A stretch of 63,738 nt of DNA, counting the filler, from Welwitschia mirabilis (lineage: Eukaryota): assembly GCA_051453625.1 (NCBI GenBank). It is 5 parts of one record of this genome, joined end to end, with 100 filler letters (N's around TTAATTAATTAA, not from the genome) between each part and the next. Parts side by side here need not be neighbours in the genome. Positions count along the whole stretch, not along the records: positions 1 to 25,140 come from JBOZIK010000001.1; positions 25,241 to 35,831 come from JBOZIK010000001.1; 3 more parts are not named here. One strand, written 5' to 3'. How positions within the stretch are numbered: the stretch's first letter is position 1; each line of letters opens with the position of its first letter. The notes beneath the pieces were generated by a model. It worked only from the letters and a program-made list of their open reading frames with translations, was not told the origin of the DNA and ran no database searches. The position numbers were made by a program, and so were the translations under genes. This document shows positions 13,801 to 27,400 of this stretch, one piece after another.

Positions 13801-14719
13801 AAGTTAAAATCTTGTCATGTCATAACTTATTAAAAAGTAGACACATCTTCACCTTACTAAAATTCATATTGTTATTATATTATCTAGAATAAATTCAGTA
13901 TGTCTTCATAAACTTCTATGCATTAAATTTGTATTATTAAACTAAAGTTATTTAATTAAAATTGCACATTATAAAATTTTATACATGATTTTTCCTACAT
14001 TACTAAACACTGATGTTTTAAGATAACTTGTAAAGGTGAAAGTAATAGTAAACATAAAAGTAAATAAAATAGTTTGAAACAAAATAACATGAATATCAGA
14101 CTTAATTATCATCATATAATAATATAAAGATAGTAAAAATAAAACCTCATGATAATTGACATATTTATGAATCTAAAATTAGGATTTACCTTTGGTATTT
14201 TATACTTATTAATTATTACTCTTACTTTTAGAAGTGGTTAAGATTTTACATTTATCACTATAATTATAACCTTATGGTATCCATGCTAGTTTGTCATTCA
14301 TATCCTAGATTTAAGAGGTACTCAAGGATGGACTTCAATGTCTTGAATATGAATCATAGGTAATGGATACCATTTTATGATATGGCCCCAAGTAAACATA
14401 GTCCATCCATGGATTTTTACCTAACCAAGAAAACCAATTATCCTAATAAGTAGGGTACAATTTCACATGCAGTATATTCATTGAAAAAAGGTATAGGTCA
14501 TAAAACTTTAATAGCCTTATTCTGTTTTAAAAATTATAATTATCCAATAAAATTGATAACATAGTGATACACTAACAATAACCACCAAAAAAAATTATAG
14601 TAAATTTTAGCATTAAAATAATGTAGTTCATGTGATTGTGAATGTCAATAGTCAATATTCCAATGTGATGACATTTTTAAATTAATATGGATTCATTTTA
14701 TTTACTTGTCTAATCTCTA

Positions 14720-16150
14720 GACTACTAAAATTTAATCTCATCAAGAAGATCTGCTACCTATAACCTAATTCATTAGTAATATATATGCTACATTTATTAC
14801 ATCATTTTGAACAAGTTTACATATCATATGTACCTCCATTTAATGTGATTCATTTTATCATGAAACATTGAATTATGTATTATTTTGATTTTACATTAAT
14901 TATCCACACATAACTTTGTAGATCATTTCTATGGAATATCTAAAATCTTTAGCAGCTTCCTTATCTGAATTACCTCCTTACTTGAATTAGATGCTACTAC
15001 ATAAACTAATTTAACTAATAAATGTCCTATAATATTTATTTACTTTTATCTTTAAGAAATAAATGAAGCTCCCAAGAATATCATGTATCTTACTCTAGAC
15101 TTTTTAGAATCTCAACAAACATTGAATTCTAAAAATGAGAAAGTTATAAGCTATCATGATATTAAAGGATAAGTTTAAAATCTTTTTTTTCCTCTAAAAT
15201 ATTTCAAAATATAATATTTACATTATAGTTCCTTTATTTTAGTTTGTTTACATACAACATTTTAAGCCTAGTATTATATATGTAAGCCTTCTAATCACAT
15301 TTTTAATGCATCCTATGTACATCTAATTATAAATTATTTATATCTAGTGATTCTTTATTAGAAATGAATTTTTGTTATATTCAGTTGATGTAAAAAAAAT
15401 TTTCATCTCAAATTTCTTCAATATATCACTAATTTACTTTAACTAGTTTAAGAGATTTTAATTATTTTCTTTTGTTACTTTTCCACTAAGGTGATATCTT
15501 ATTAACCTTAAACTTATTATTTCAAATTACTTTCTAAGATCCTTCTTCACATTTGTAATGTGTGATTCTTCTTCACGTTTTCAATGTGTATTGCATATTT
15601 TCTAATGAATAGAATATTACCCATTAGAACATGAACATATGTACACTTACCTTTTGCATGTTTTATAAGTAATATCACATCAATNNNNNNNNNNCTAGAT
15701 ATGGTTTGTCTTACTATATAAAACACACATTGTCTACCTCAAATCATATAGTGGTTTTTTTAGCCTACACTATTTTTCATTTTGTTTCCTTATCTCAAAA
15801 CCTTTAGGATGATTGATGTAAAAGTCCTACATAAGGTTTCTGTTTAAGAATACATTCTTTACATTAAGCTTATGCATATTGTATTTTTTGAGTCCCTAAT
15901 GCAACCAAAATTTGAATGATCTACTACTTTGTTGTTGATACCAAGAGTTCTATGTAGTTAATTCCATGTTTTAAAGTAAGTCCTTTTGCAATTAATCTAG
16001 CCTTGTATTTATCAAGAATTTGATAAATGTTATCTTGAATCATCTATTCCTAACCACTTTCTTTATTATTAATAAGTCCACAAGCTTCCAAGAATTGTTC
16101 TATATTTAATATTAATATTCCATGTCTTAATCTTTTTAATTTAATGTTAT
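14720..16150 (-). pseudogene. pol: Decayed Ty1/copia reverse transcriptase + RNase H
   Basis: Minus-strand NSWKLVDL, KYKARLIAKG..HGINY, HKLNVKNVFLN..FYINHPKGF, and RNase H KEVIQIRKLL..LCVDN..NSMFHDKMNHI. Confidence 0.8.
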
Positions 16151-16559
16151 AAGTAAGATAAAACTGTATAAGATCTATTTCAATAATTTCACCCTTTGGT
16201 CATTACTACATTGCACTGCGTTATTGTGCTCTCATCTCATTACTTCATCCAATATTAAGTCTCTTAAAAGTTAATGTACTTCAAAATATATTACACATGT
16301 AAGAGTGATTTTAAGAACCCTAACATCCACATCATTATATTAAGAAACATTTTTATGAGTAGTCTTCTGTTTAAAACTTGATCTTGAAAAAACCTTCTTT
16401 AACTTTTAATCTTTAACTACTAAGCATTTTATTACCATAAAGGTTCAGATTTAGATAATTAATAGAGTCACTAATGAGTAAATTATTATATTTGCACATA
16501 AATCATCACATTTAAAGGATCACTCCCTTCTTAACACCTCTCAATGATGGAATATATGG

Positions 16560-17870
16560 AAAACATAAGCAAAATACTATACAATTTTGATTCTTTTGAG
16601 GAAATCATAAAATATGATGGGACTAAGATAACTTACTTACGATTTGGTAATGATGATGATTATATATCTATAAATTTCTTTGGATTCTTACAAGATAAAG
16701 AAATAGATTACTAGGTATTTACCTCATATAAACTATGTCATAAAGATGTGTCGGAATGTAGGATTAGGATATTTAAAGGAATGTCAAAGTAATAATTTTT
16801 ATAGTCAATATAAAAGAATCCTACTAAGGATAATAAATTTTTATAATAGTCATTGTAATAAATAGACTTCTTATTTACTACAACCTTTATAAACAACAAA
16901 CTTCGAACTAAAAGACTTAATAGCATTACTCATTATAAGACATGGATGAATATAGAACCTCAATTAAAACATTTAAAAAAAATTTAATGTTATATATACT
17001 ATTATGATCAGATTTAAGATAGACATCAGAATAAGTCTCATAAAGGTATATTTCTTGGATATGTCAAACCTATAAAATATACTATATTTGTGATACTTCA
17101 ATGGAAGAAAAAGATTTTTAGATAGAATTAAAAAATTTATTTTAAAATAAAAAGTGAAAGAATACAATAATGAGTATCAAGTAAAATAATAAGAAAACAT
17201 AATAAAAATTGAGAATTAGTGAATAGATTCATAATAAGACAAAGAAAGAGAATGAATCATGAGATATCGGTGGAGTCAAAATGTTGATAATAATACACAA
17301 GATGTGAGTACTCATGAGGGATAAGATAAAAAGATTGAGAAAACATAATAATCCATAAATCCAATGCAATTTCCAATATTCACATTAGAAATGGATTCTC
17401 CCATACCAAACGATGTGTAATAAGAATTAACAACACAACATTAGAAGAGGTCCATGAATAAATGATATGATGTTATCACAAAAAGAAAAGTTGTAACACT
17501 TATCCATTTAATGGTAAAAATATCATAGAGTTTATATGGCTCATAGTAATTTGGAATAGAATGAAATGGCACTTCATTATAAAACCATATTGGTTGCCAA
17601 ATATTATTAACAAGAGAATGAAGTATATTTTATGAAACTGTCTCTTGTACAATAAAAATAAAAACATTCTATGTACTTTTACATTTACTAGCATAAAATG
17701 GATGAAAGTTGTAGTAATTAGATGTAATGGATACCTTTATATATGATAAGTTAGGGTAAGAAATATACAAAAACCACAAGAAGATTATAACATACCCTCT
17801 CATAGATATGCAATTTTATAAATTATTATAACAAATAAAACAAGTCCCTAGCATTTGGTATTAATAAATG
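16560..17870 (+). pseudogene. pol: Decayed Ty1/copia integrase + RT N-terminus
   Basis: KITYLRFGNDDDY..FFGFLQDKEI..KDVSECRIR (integrase core LRSDNGGEY...NGVAERKNR), FLGY, and YKTILVAKYY..ET..LDVMDTFIY (RT). Confidence 0.75.
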
Positions 17871-18464
17871 AGAAAATAAATGAGGAAGTTTCTATAGAAC
17901 AAGCTTTTTCTCAAGCTGTTAACATCTAAAAATTAACATTTAAGTTAACTAATATGTAATTAACTATTTTTATTATGAAATAATCTATTTCCTTACTTTT
18001 ATCATAAATTATCAATTTATGCACTTGAACATGATAAATCTAACCACTTAGTAGCTTAATAAAGCACTATCTAAAATATTAATGCAAGCTATTAGAAAAC
18101 ACTGATAACACAAGCAGACCTTTATAGTGTCACTAGTAAATGTGCATACATGAGCTTCAATTTGACAACCTGGACCCATCATGAAATGATACATGAAAGG
18201 AAGTTGTAGATCCTATCAGTTACTACATCCAAGTTAGCCAAGATACTCAGAGACATATGGCATCGACATGGCAAATACATAGCATTGATGTGACATACAT
18301 GTAGTATTGACTGAGTAGTGAAGTAACAACTAGAACCAATAGTGGCATGTGGTAGTGGTATCAACACAAATGGCATTGAAACTACTTGTAAGTATTTGGA
18401 CTAAGGGCCATATGTTGAAGGAATCATTATGATTTTCTATGAAATGCTAAAATATAAAACATTT

Positions 18465-18600
18465 ACCTAATGCTATGGGATGAAATCTTATCCACCTAAT
18501 GCTATAGAATGAAATCATATTCATCAAATATTATAGGACGAAGATTCCATCTAAAATATAAGAGAAAATCTTATCTACCCCACCTAGTACTATGAGCCAA
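18465..18600 (+). repeat. Degenerate ~28-bp tandem repeat upstream of a TATA-like box in the element B LTR
   Basis: ACCTAATGCTATGGGATGAAATCTTATCC / ACCTAATGCTATAGAATGAAATCATATTC / ATCAAATATTATAGGACGAAG..., followed by CCTATAAAT at ~18631. Confidence 0.6.
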
Positions 18601-21600
18601 ATTATGCAACTATACCCCTCCTTAGCTTCGCCTATAAATTGGGCCTTGAAGTCTCTTATTGTATAATTTTGTCTTTGGCAAAAGCTCTATTATACCTTGT
18701 GGTAATCTACAGAATGATTTTTTGCTAAGTTTCCTTTGGAGTAGGATAGCCTCAAGGCTTTTTTAAATGTAAGACAGTTGCTTCCTTTTTATGTTAATAA
18801 AGTTATAGTTTCCCTTTTTAATCTAGAGAAGCAAATAAATTTGCATTTTAAATGCTTAATAAGAACTATTTAAATATCAGGAATACTTTATTGAATGGAT
18901 TCTTATGTGGACTTAATTGGCATTGGTTGCAAGTATTTGATGGTTTTTAATCTTAACTTCTTACCTGTCATACTTATCTTTATACTACAAATTATTCTAA
19001 GTAATATGAAGGATTTCATCAACATTTAGGTGGTGGATGAGATTATGCCATCATGATCTAGACTTAGTAATGTAGCTAGCGAAAGATTTAATGTAAGTAG
19101 TTGCCATATATTTTAGAATTAAAGTTTCATGTACATATAACTTTTGCTACGTTAGATTGTTAGTTCATTCCTACTTTTATTAACTAAAGTTTTTCTTTTA
19201 ATCATATGATGGATTTGAATTTCAATTGTTTACATTATATCTTACACTTGTTTATGTTCTAACCTTTTTAAGATAACCACATTCATCCCTGTGGATAGAA
19301 AAATATTAGGTACTACCTCATTAAAATGGATAAAGGTAATAATTTTATTAATATTTGGAATCATTGCTAAAACATGATAAGTTTTTATCACTAGGACATT
19401 GAAATATTTTACTTTTTTTACTTTTTGGTTAGTTGTATTTTCATTTCTATTTGCATTTCTTTCTAGTGGTTGATACTAGCCATCTCCAGTGTTACCTGAG
19501 CTAGTTCATTTTCTTTTATATTTGTATACTAGTGATGGGTACTAGTTCATTCTAATGAAACCCAAATTAATATAGCTATCTTTAAATAGCTAATGCTAAT
19601 AAGAAAACTAGTATTGCATTTCTTATGGTTAGTATGTTTTTAGGTGAGTTTCTTATTTCTTTAGTGGGAAGGAAAAGTAGGTAAAGAAGCAAAAAATCAA
19701 CTACAATAAATGAAATACATAAGAGTCTTCTTGTCCTTCTTTTTTATTTCATGAATTTTTAAAATTTTGTTAGTTAGTTTCATATTTTTAATAGAATAGC
19801 TTTTAATTTCAATTTTAAAAAAATGTTTTAAGAAAAGTAAAAATCATAGTATCATTTTTTTTCATAGGTTTATTTTATGTTTAGCCATTTCATTTTTTAT
19901 CTTTTTCCCCTTATGTTTTAAATCTCAAAATAAACCTTGATATTGTAATTTAATATTTTTATTATATCCATCAAAATTCCTACAACTTTGTTTGTTACCA
20001 TAAGCATAGCTTTCAACATAAATGAACTATAAATTATTACATTTATAGAAAAGAACTGTAAGGAATTATCTTTAATTACCATACTTAAATACCTATTCAT
20101 GCTTTATTCAATCACCTAGTATGCTCATATCATATCCTTAATTATATCATAAGACTTATGAATCTACATCCTCTAATTATTATCCTTTACTTTACTATGA
20201 ATATTCTTCATATATTTCATCCTTTCATTAGGAGACCTTTCAGGGATTTTTGGAAAGTACAACCAAAATCTTTAATACCCTTCCCATTATTCCTTCATTT
20301 AATCACTAGGAACCATAGGACACATCTACAATATACCCAAGCCATATTCTTTAGGAGTGAGGATGAAACTAATGAGAAACTAGAGTTTAAGCAATCTCAT
20401 GCTGAGAACTCATTTAACCAATATTGTAAAACATAAGAAGTTAAATAAATCATATGAGTTTTATCATATGAAAAACCCTTACCTTCTCTAAATTTTTACA
20501 TATAAGATCTCTTTATTTTATATTTGTCTCATGAGTAACCACATGAAGATGAATTTCTTAGCAATATTTATAAAGATAAGGAAGTAGAACCCTCATGAAC
20601 CCTAATACATAAGAAATTATTACCTTCTTCTCAAGACTTTTATGAGTAAAGTGGTTTCATTCCATCATTGTCTCTTGAGTAAGATTCAAGTATTAATATA
20701 GAAGATGAACCTTTCATTGAGTTACAATCACTTTCTAAAGATCTTACTCATGCCTCTTTTAATAAAAACTCATTTCACCTAGTGTTTGATAATCCACATT
20801 TCTCTTTATTTCAAAATGATATTTTTGCATGATTTGTTGAAAAAGTAAAAATAGGATAAAGAATGAAATCTTTTAGACTTTCCACACATAGGTTTTATCA
20901 CTTACATGAATGGTCTTCTTTCTGATTTCATAAATGCATGTGTGTAAATCTTCATGGATAATATCCCAATTCAAGATACCTCATCTGATTAGAGTCGTTA
21001 CATTCCTAATTTACTTAGCCTCTATTTTCTTAAGCTTTTTCCCATGCATAATAACAAAAATTCCATAACAAGAAAACCTTAGTTTTATTGCATAGTTTTA
21101 CCATAGATATATTCCCTTATAGATTATACTTAGAATGGAAAAATTCAAAAACATTAAAAACATTATTGCTTATTATGTTTTTCCCTTAAAACCACACAAA
21201 CACTATCACCTATACAATCATCACCTTAAACCCTTTCACTTAAATAACCCCAAACTCCACTCATATCATGGAATTAGCTATCACCGTTTCAGACCTCATA
21301 CCTTACTCCTTTCATGATGACACTATGTCATAAGACTTATTAACTGTCCATCACTTTCATTCACCTATGAGTTTATGAGACTTATTGATCCTTGTTAATG
21401 GCCTTGAATATTTAAACCACCAACAAGTAATATTTTTGTCATTTTAAGTTTTTCTTAAGATTAGGTACGCATATGACTTTTAAAAGAAGTGACACTTATT
21501 TTTGAGTTATTTTGTTAAGGTTACATTCACTAAGGTCTTTAATTTAGGAAAATGAGAAAAAAAAAGGATAAAAAGGTGGAATCTACTCAGTGTGAACTCT

Positions 21601-23214
21601 TTATTTTTAAGCATTCATTGGAATAAGATTAATTCATAACTAGGCTAATGAACCAATGAACTTTTATGTTCATAAAAAATTATTTACAGAAAGATGATTC
21701 AAAAGAAACAAATACATATATCCCTTTTCAAAAGCACATTTTACCTTTAATCAATATCACTAGGTTAGTTAACTTCATTGAGCTATGGACACTTACTAAT
21801 AATGTAATACTAATGATCTACTTATGATACGTTCAACTGCACAAGGGCTATAGACATTCATTAGCAATATAGCACTAATTTCTTCACATAATAATAGGCT
21901 TGATGTTGTTGGAATAAAAATGTCATAACATTAGATGCTTAGTGAGATCAAATACTTAAGATAGAGTTAATATTAATGGTAGAAAGGAAAATAGAATGGA
22001 ATTTAAGATGGAAATTGAAGACCTTTTATGTTTTATTTTCTTTAATAGATGTTCTTAAAATTTGCTTGCTAATCCTTAAATTTTTTAAGTTTGCTTAGTC
22101 AATACTTTACTTATTTGTCATGATTATTCATTAAATTAATTTTAAAATTTGCAAAAATTTTAATAAATAAGATCCCTATCTTAGGAAGGTTATCTTTATT
22201 TCTTAATATTGTTTGATTGAGTTCCATTTTCATTTTCATGTGCATCATCATTTGCATTTCATATTCATTTCATTCATTGCCATATTTCATTCTTCATTTT
22301 AACCTTCTTCCATTTCCATGAGGAATAAAACACTATGAGATGCACATATTTCTATCACAGACTAATCTTTTAATTCATGTGTTTACATAAAAAATAAAAG
22401 AAGGAAAATTAAATTATGGCTAATCAAAAGTATGAGTTTTATTAGATAGTTTTATTTGCATTATAGCATAGGTTTTATTATTTTGCATGTTTTTACTTTT
22501 TAATAAAAAGACTCATGTTGAAGTATTTTCTAAAACTTTAAACTTCCTTTCAAAATTCATTTATAGTTTTTCCTATCTTAGATATTTTGACAAAAAAATT
22601 TGATTTTGGTTAGGGGATGTGGCATCTATATTTATCTTAAAATAACAAATTTTAATGCCTTATTTCTCTTAAAAATTGATTAATTTTGATTGTAATTTTT
22701 TCCTATCTTAGAATTTTTACATGTTATTTATCTTTCATCATACTTTTTGCTAGGGTTCTAGCAAAATTATGGTTACAAGTTATGTTAACATATAAAAATT
22801 AATATTTAGATTAGGTATTTTAGGCTAATTTAGCTTAGGAAAGATATGTATTTAATTATTTTTATTATGAAATCATCTCNNNNNNNNNNGTTTATATAAA
22901 TCCAGGTACTTAATAGCTTAATGAAGTACTATCCAAAACATCAAAGAAAACTATCATAAAATGCTGAGAGCATCGGTGGACCTATATAGTGCATTAGTAA
23001 ATGTGTATACATTAGTTCTAATTTAACAACTTGGAACTATCATGAAATAACATGTGGAAGGAAGTTATAGGCCTTATGAGTTACCGCATCCTATTCAACT
23101 GAGATCCTCAAAGACACATGGTGTCAGTATGATAGATACATGATGTTGATGTGACAAACACATAGCAATGACTTGGTAGTGAAGTAATAACTATAATTAA
23201 TAGTGACATGTGAC

Positions 23215-24466
23215 TATTGCAATGTGTATTTTTGCAAATATTACATTTTCAAACAGATCCTATCATTTACAAATAAATATAGATTTTGCATAACATAACA
23301 CACTAATATAGGTAAGAGTGAAGTAAATGTTGTATTCTCATTAAAGGCACATGTGAGAATAAAGAGAATTGATTTTGAAAATGAACCAGTATGTATCCTT
23401 AAAGTAGAATGAAATAACAATGCAAAAATAACATTGTAAACACACTTATGCAAATGAAATGTAATTCTAAAATAAGTGCAACTTTTGTCCAATTACCAAA
23501 TTAACCTGTCATAAAGATCTGCCCTGTATAATCTAGATCAATTAGGAAATGTCATCACCACATCAAGGTCAATCTAAACTATCAGGTACATCAAATAAAA
23601 TATGAAAACAATGCAAAGTTGATCTAGAAAAGGAAAAATAGTGCACCTAAACTAATAATGTCAAACTTAACAAAGGTTTTCCTCATGATCTATATCACTA
23701 AGGAAGCTATCACAAAATCAGAAAAAATAAGGGATATGCACAAAATAAAGATATGAAAAAAAAATAGAGTTTTGATTAAATCGAAACAACATTCATGTTA
23801 CAAAGTAGCAGCATCTTAATGAAGGATGCACAGCCTAATACGAAGGAAGATATCTATCTATAATAATAATGAATGGATCTTCAACCCTTCAATCTCCTAT
23901 TATGAGAATTTCTAATACAAACAAAGATAATTACAGTCAAGGATAAAGGCAATATTTATTGATAATAATATACTCTATCAATAGCAAATCTAATAGACAT
24001 ATGAGAAATCCTAACTATGGACAAGAAGGTGCATAAAAAATTACAGAAGTTTAGTGAAGTTGGTACATTAACTAAAATTATATGATTATCCTAATGGTCA
24101 TCTACACAATGGTGGGGATGATGCCACATTAAAAGAGTTTTATATTTATCCTTTATATCAGCTAATTAGCATTCTAGTCAGCATGCACGTGGTGTTATCC
24201 TTGTATATCATCCAGATGATGAATGAGATAATAGCCTTTTGAAGTTTTTTATCAAGTTAAATTGGCCTTGAAGCTGATTAATTCCTCCTCGAAATGTGAA
24301 GTATCGTAATTAATCTTAAATACCCCTAAAAATTTTGGTATTTGTGCATTTTTATGATTTTATCCTTGACTCTCAATAATAATCATTTTATTCTTAAAGC
24401 TATCTACATGTTGTACAAAACTACCCAAAATACCCCATCAAAAAAATATAATTCAGCATCACAACA
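23215..24466 (-). repeat. 3' LTR of element C
   Basis: TATTGCAATG...CATCACAACA, aligning with 33943-35207. PPT (minus TAAGTGGGGGGGCTA) is directly adjacent. Confidence 0.88.
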
Positions 24467-27400
24467 TAGCCCCCCACTTAGTCTTGTTAATCTCTGATAA
24501 AATTGATGAATGATTATAATTGCAAGATAAATTGACTAAGATAAAAAAAATATATAGGGATATATAACTCAAGTTAATAAATCTCAGTATGTAGGAGTAA
24601 ATCATAAAATTAAATAAACTAAAATATTTTATCTTGGGAGACGAAAGAACCTTGGTGTTGTCTAGACCATCATCCAAATGATTATAAGGATTACAAGCTC
24701 CTAGAAATTAATTTGTAAAATTAATTACTTACAATCATGCTTATCAAAAAATAAGATCAAAACACTTACCTATGCAATATTTATTGATAACAATATAATC
24801 TATCAATAGCAAATCTAACAGACATATGAGAAATCCTAACTATGTACAAGAAGGTGCATAAAACATTGCAGAAGTTTAGTGAAGTTGGTACATTGACTAA
24901 AATTAGATGATTATCCTAATGATCATCTACACAAAGGTGGGGATGATGCCACATTAAAAGAGTTTTATATTTATTCTTAATATCAGGTAATCAGCATTAT
25001 AGTTAGCATGCACGTGGTGTCATCCTTGTAGATCATCCAGATGATGAATGAGATGATAGCCTTTTGAAGTTCTTTATTAAGTTAAATTAGCCTTGAAGCT
25101 CATTAATTCCTCCTCGAAATGTGAAGTATCATAATTAATCNNNNNNNNNNNNNNNNNNNNNNNNNNNNNNNNNNNNNNNNNNNNTTAATTAATTAANNNN
25201 NNNNNNNNNNNNNNNNNNNNNNNNNNNNNNNNNNNNNNNNTGGCATCACAACATAGCCCCCCACTTAGTCTTGTCAATCTCTGATCAAGTTGGTGAATGA
25301 TTATAATTGCAAGATAAATTGACTAAGATAAAATACTATCTAGGGATATATAACTCAAGTTCATAAATCTCAATATGTAGGAGTAAATCATAAAATTAAA
25401 TAAACTAAAATATTTTATCTTGGGAGATGAAATGACCTTGGTGTTGTCTAGACCATCATCCAAATGATTATGAGTATTACAAGCTCCTAAAAATTAATTT
25501 GTAAAATTAATTACTTGTGATCATGTTTGTCAAAAAATAAGATTAAAACACTTACCTATGCAATATTTATTGATAACAATATACTCTATCAATAGCAAAT
25601 CTAACAGACATATGAGAAATCCTAACTATACACAAGAAGGTTTATAAAACATTACAAAAGTTTAGTAAAGTTGGTACATTTACTAAAATTAGATGATTAT
25701 CCTAGTGGTCATCTACATAATGGTGGGGATGATGCCACATTAAAAGAGTTTTATATTTATCCTTAATATCAGCTAATCAACATTCTAGTCAGCATGCACA
25801 TGGTGTCATCCTTGTATATCATCCAGATGATGGATGAGATGATATCCTTTTGAAGTCTTTATCAAGTTAAATTGGCCTTGAAGCTCATTAATTCCTCCTC
25901 GAAATGTGAAGTATTGTAATTAATCTTAAATGCCCCTAGAAATTTCGGTTTTTGTGCATTTTTGTGATTTTATCCTTGACTCTCAATAATAATCATTTTT
26001 TCTTAAACCTATCTAAATGCTTTACAAAACTACCCTATCAAAAAAATATAATTTGGCATCACAACATATCCTCCACTTAGTCTTGTCAATCTCTGATAAA
26101 ATTGGTGAATGATTATAATTGCAAGATAAATTAACTAAGATAAAATACTATCTAGAGATATATAACTCAAGTTCTTAAATCTCAGTATGTAGGAGTAAAT
26201 CATAAAATTAAATAAACTAAAATATTTTTATCTTGGGAGACAAAATGACCTTGGTGTTGTCTAGACCATCATCGAAATGATTATGAGGATTACAAGCTCC
26301 TAAAAATCAATTTGTAAAATTAATTACTTGCGATCATGCTTATCAAAAAATAAGATGAAAACACTTACTTATGCAATATTTATTGATAATAATATACTCT
26401 ATCAATAGCAAGTCTAACAGNNNNNNNNNNNNNNNNNNNNNNNNNNNNNNNNNNNNNNNNNNNNNNNNNNNNNNNNNNNNNNNNNNNNNNNNNNNNNNNN
26501 NNNNNNNNNNNNNNNNNNNNATAACTCAAGTTCTTAAATCTCAGTATGTAGGAGTAAATCATAAAATTAAATAAACTAAAATATTTTATCTTGGGAGACA
26601 AAATGACCTTGGTGTTGTCTAGACCATCATCAAAATGATTATGAGGATTACAAGCTCCTAAAAATCAATTTGTAAAATTAGTTACTTGCGATCATATGCA
26701 ATATTTATTGATAGCAATATACTCTATCAATAGCAAATCTAACAAACATATGAGAAATCCTAACTCTGCACAAGAAGGTGCATAAAACATTGCAGAAGCT
26801 TAGTGAAGTTGGTACATTGACTAAAATTAGAATATTATCCTAATGGTCATCTACACAATGGTGGGGATGATGCCACATTAAAAGAGTTTTATATTTATCC
26901 TTTATATTAGCTAATCAGCATTCTAGTCAGCATGCACATGGTGTCATCCTTGTATATCATCCAGATGATGGATGAGATGATAGCATTTTAAAGTTCTTTA
27001 TCAAGTTAGATTGGCCTTGAGCTCATTAATTCCTCCTTGAAATGTGAAGTATTGTAATTAATATTAAATGCCCCTAAAAATTTCGGTGTTTGTGCATTTT
27101 GGTAATTTTATCCTTGACTCTCAATAATAATCATTTTGTTCTTAAACCTATCTAAATGTTATACAAAACTCCCAAAATACCCCATCAAAAAAATATAATT
27201 TGGCATCACAACATAGCCCCCCACTTAGTCTTGTCAATCTCTGATAAAGTTGGTGAATGATTATAATTGCAAGATAAATTGACTAAGATAAAATACTATC
27301 TAGGGATATATAAATCAAGTTCATAAATCTCAGTATGTAGGAGTAAATCATAAAATTAAATAAACCAAAATATTTTATCTTAGGAGACGAAATGACCTTG

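Noticed and set aside
15300..15660. Minus-strand AAG|GTAAGT splice-like signal suggesting a host gene
   Set aside because: The region translates as the copia RT to RNase H continuation.
25185..25196. TTAATTAATTAA palindrome seen four times
   Set aside because: Always centred between ~44-N blocks, so it is an assembly linker rather than biology.
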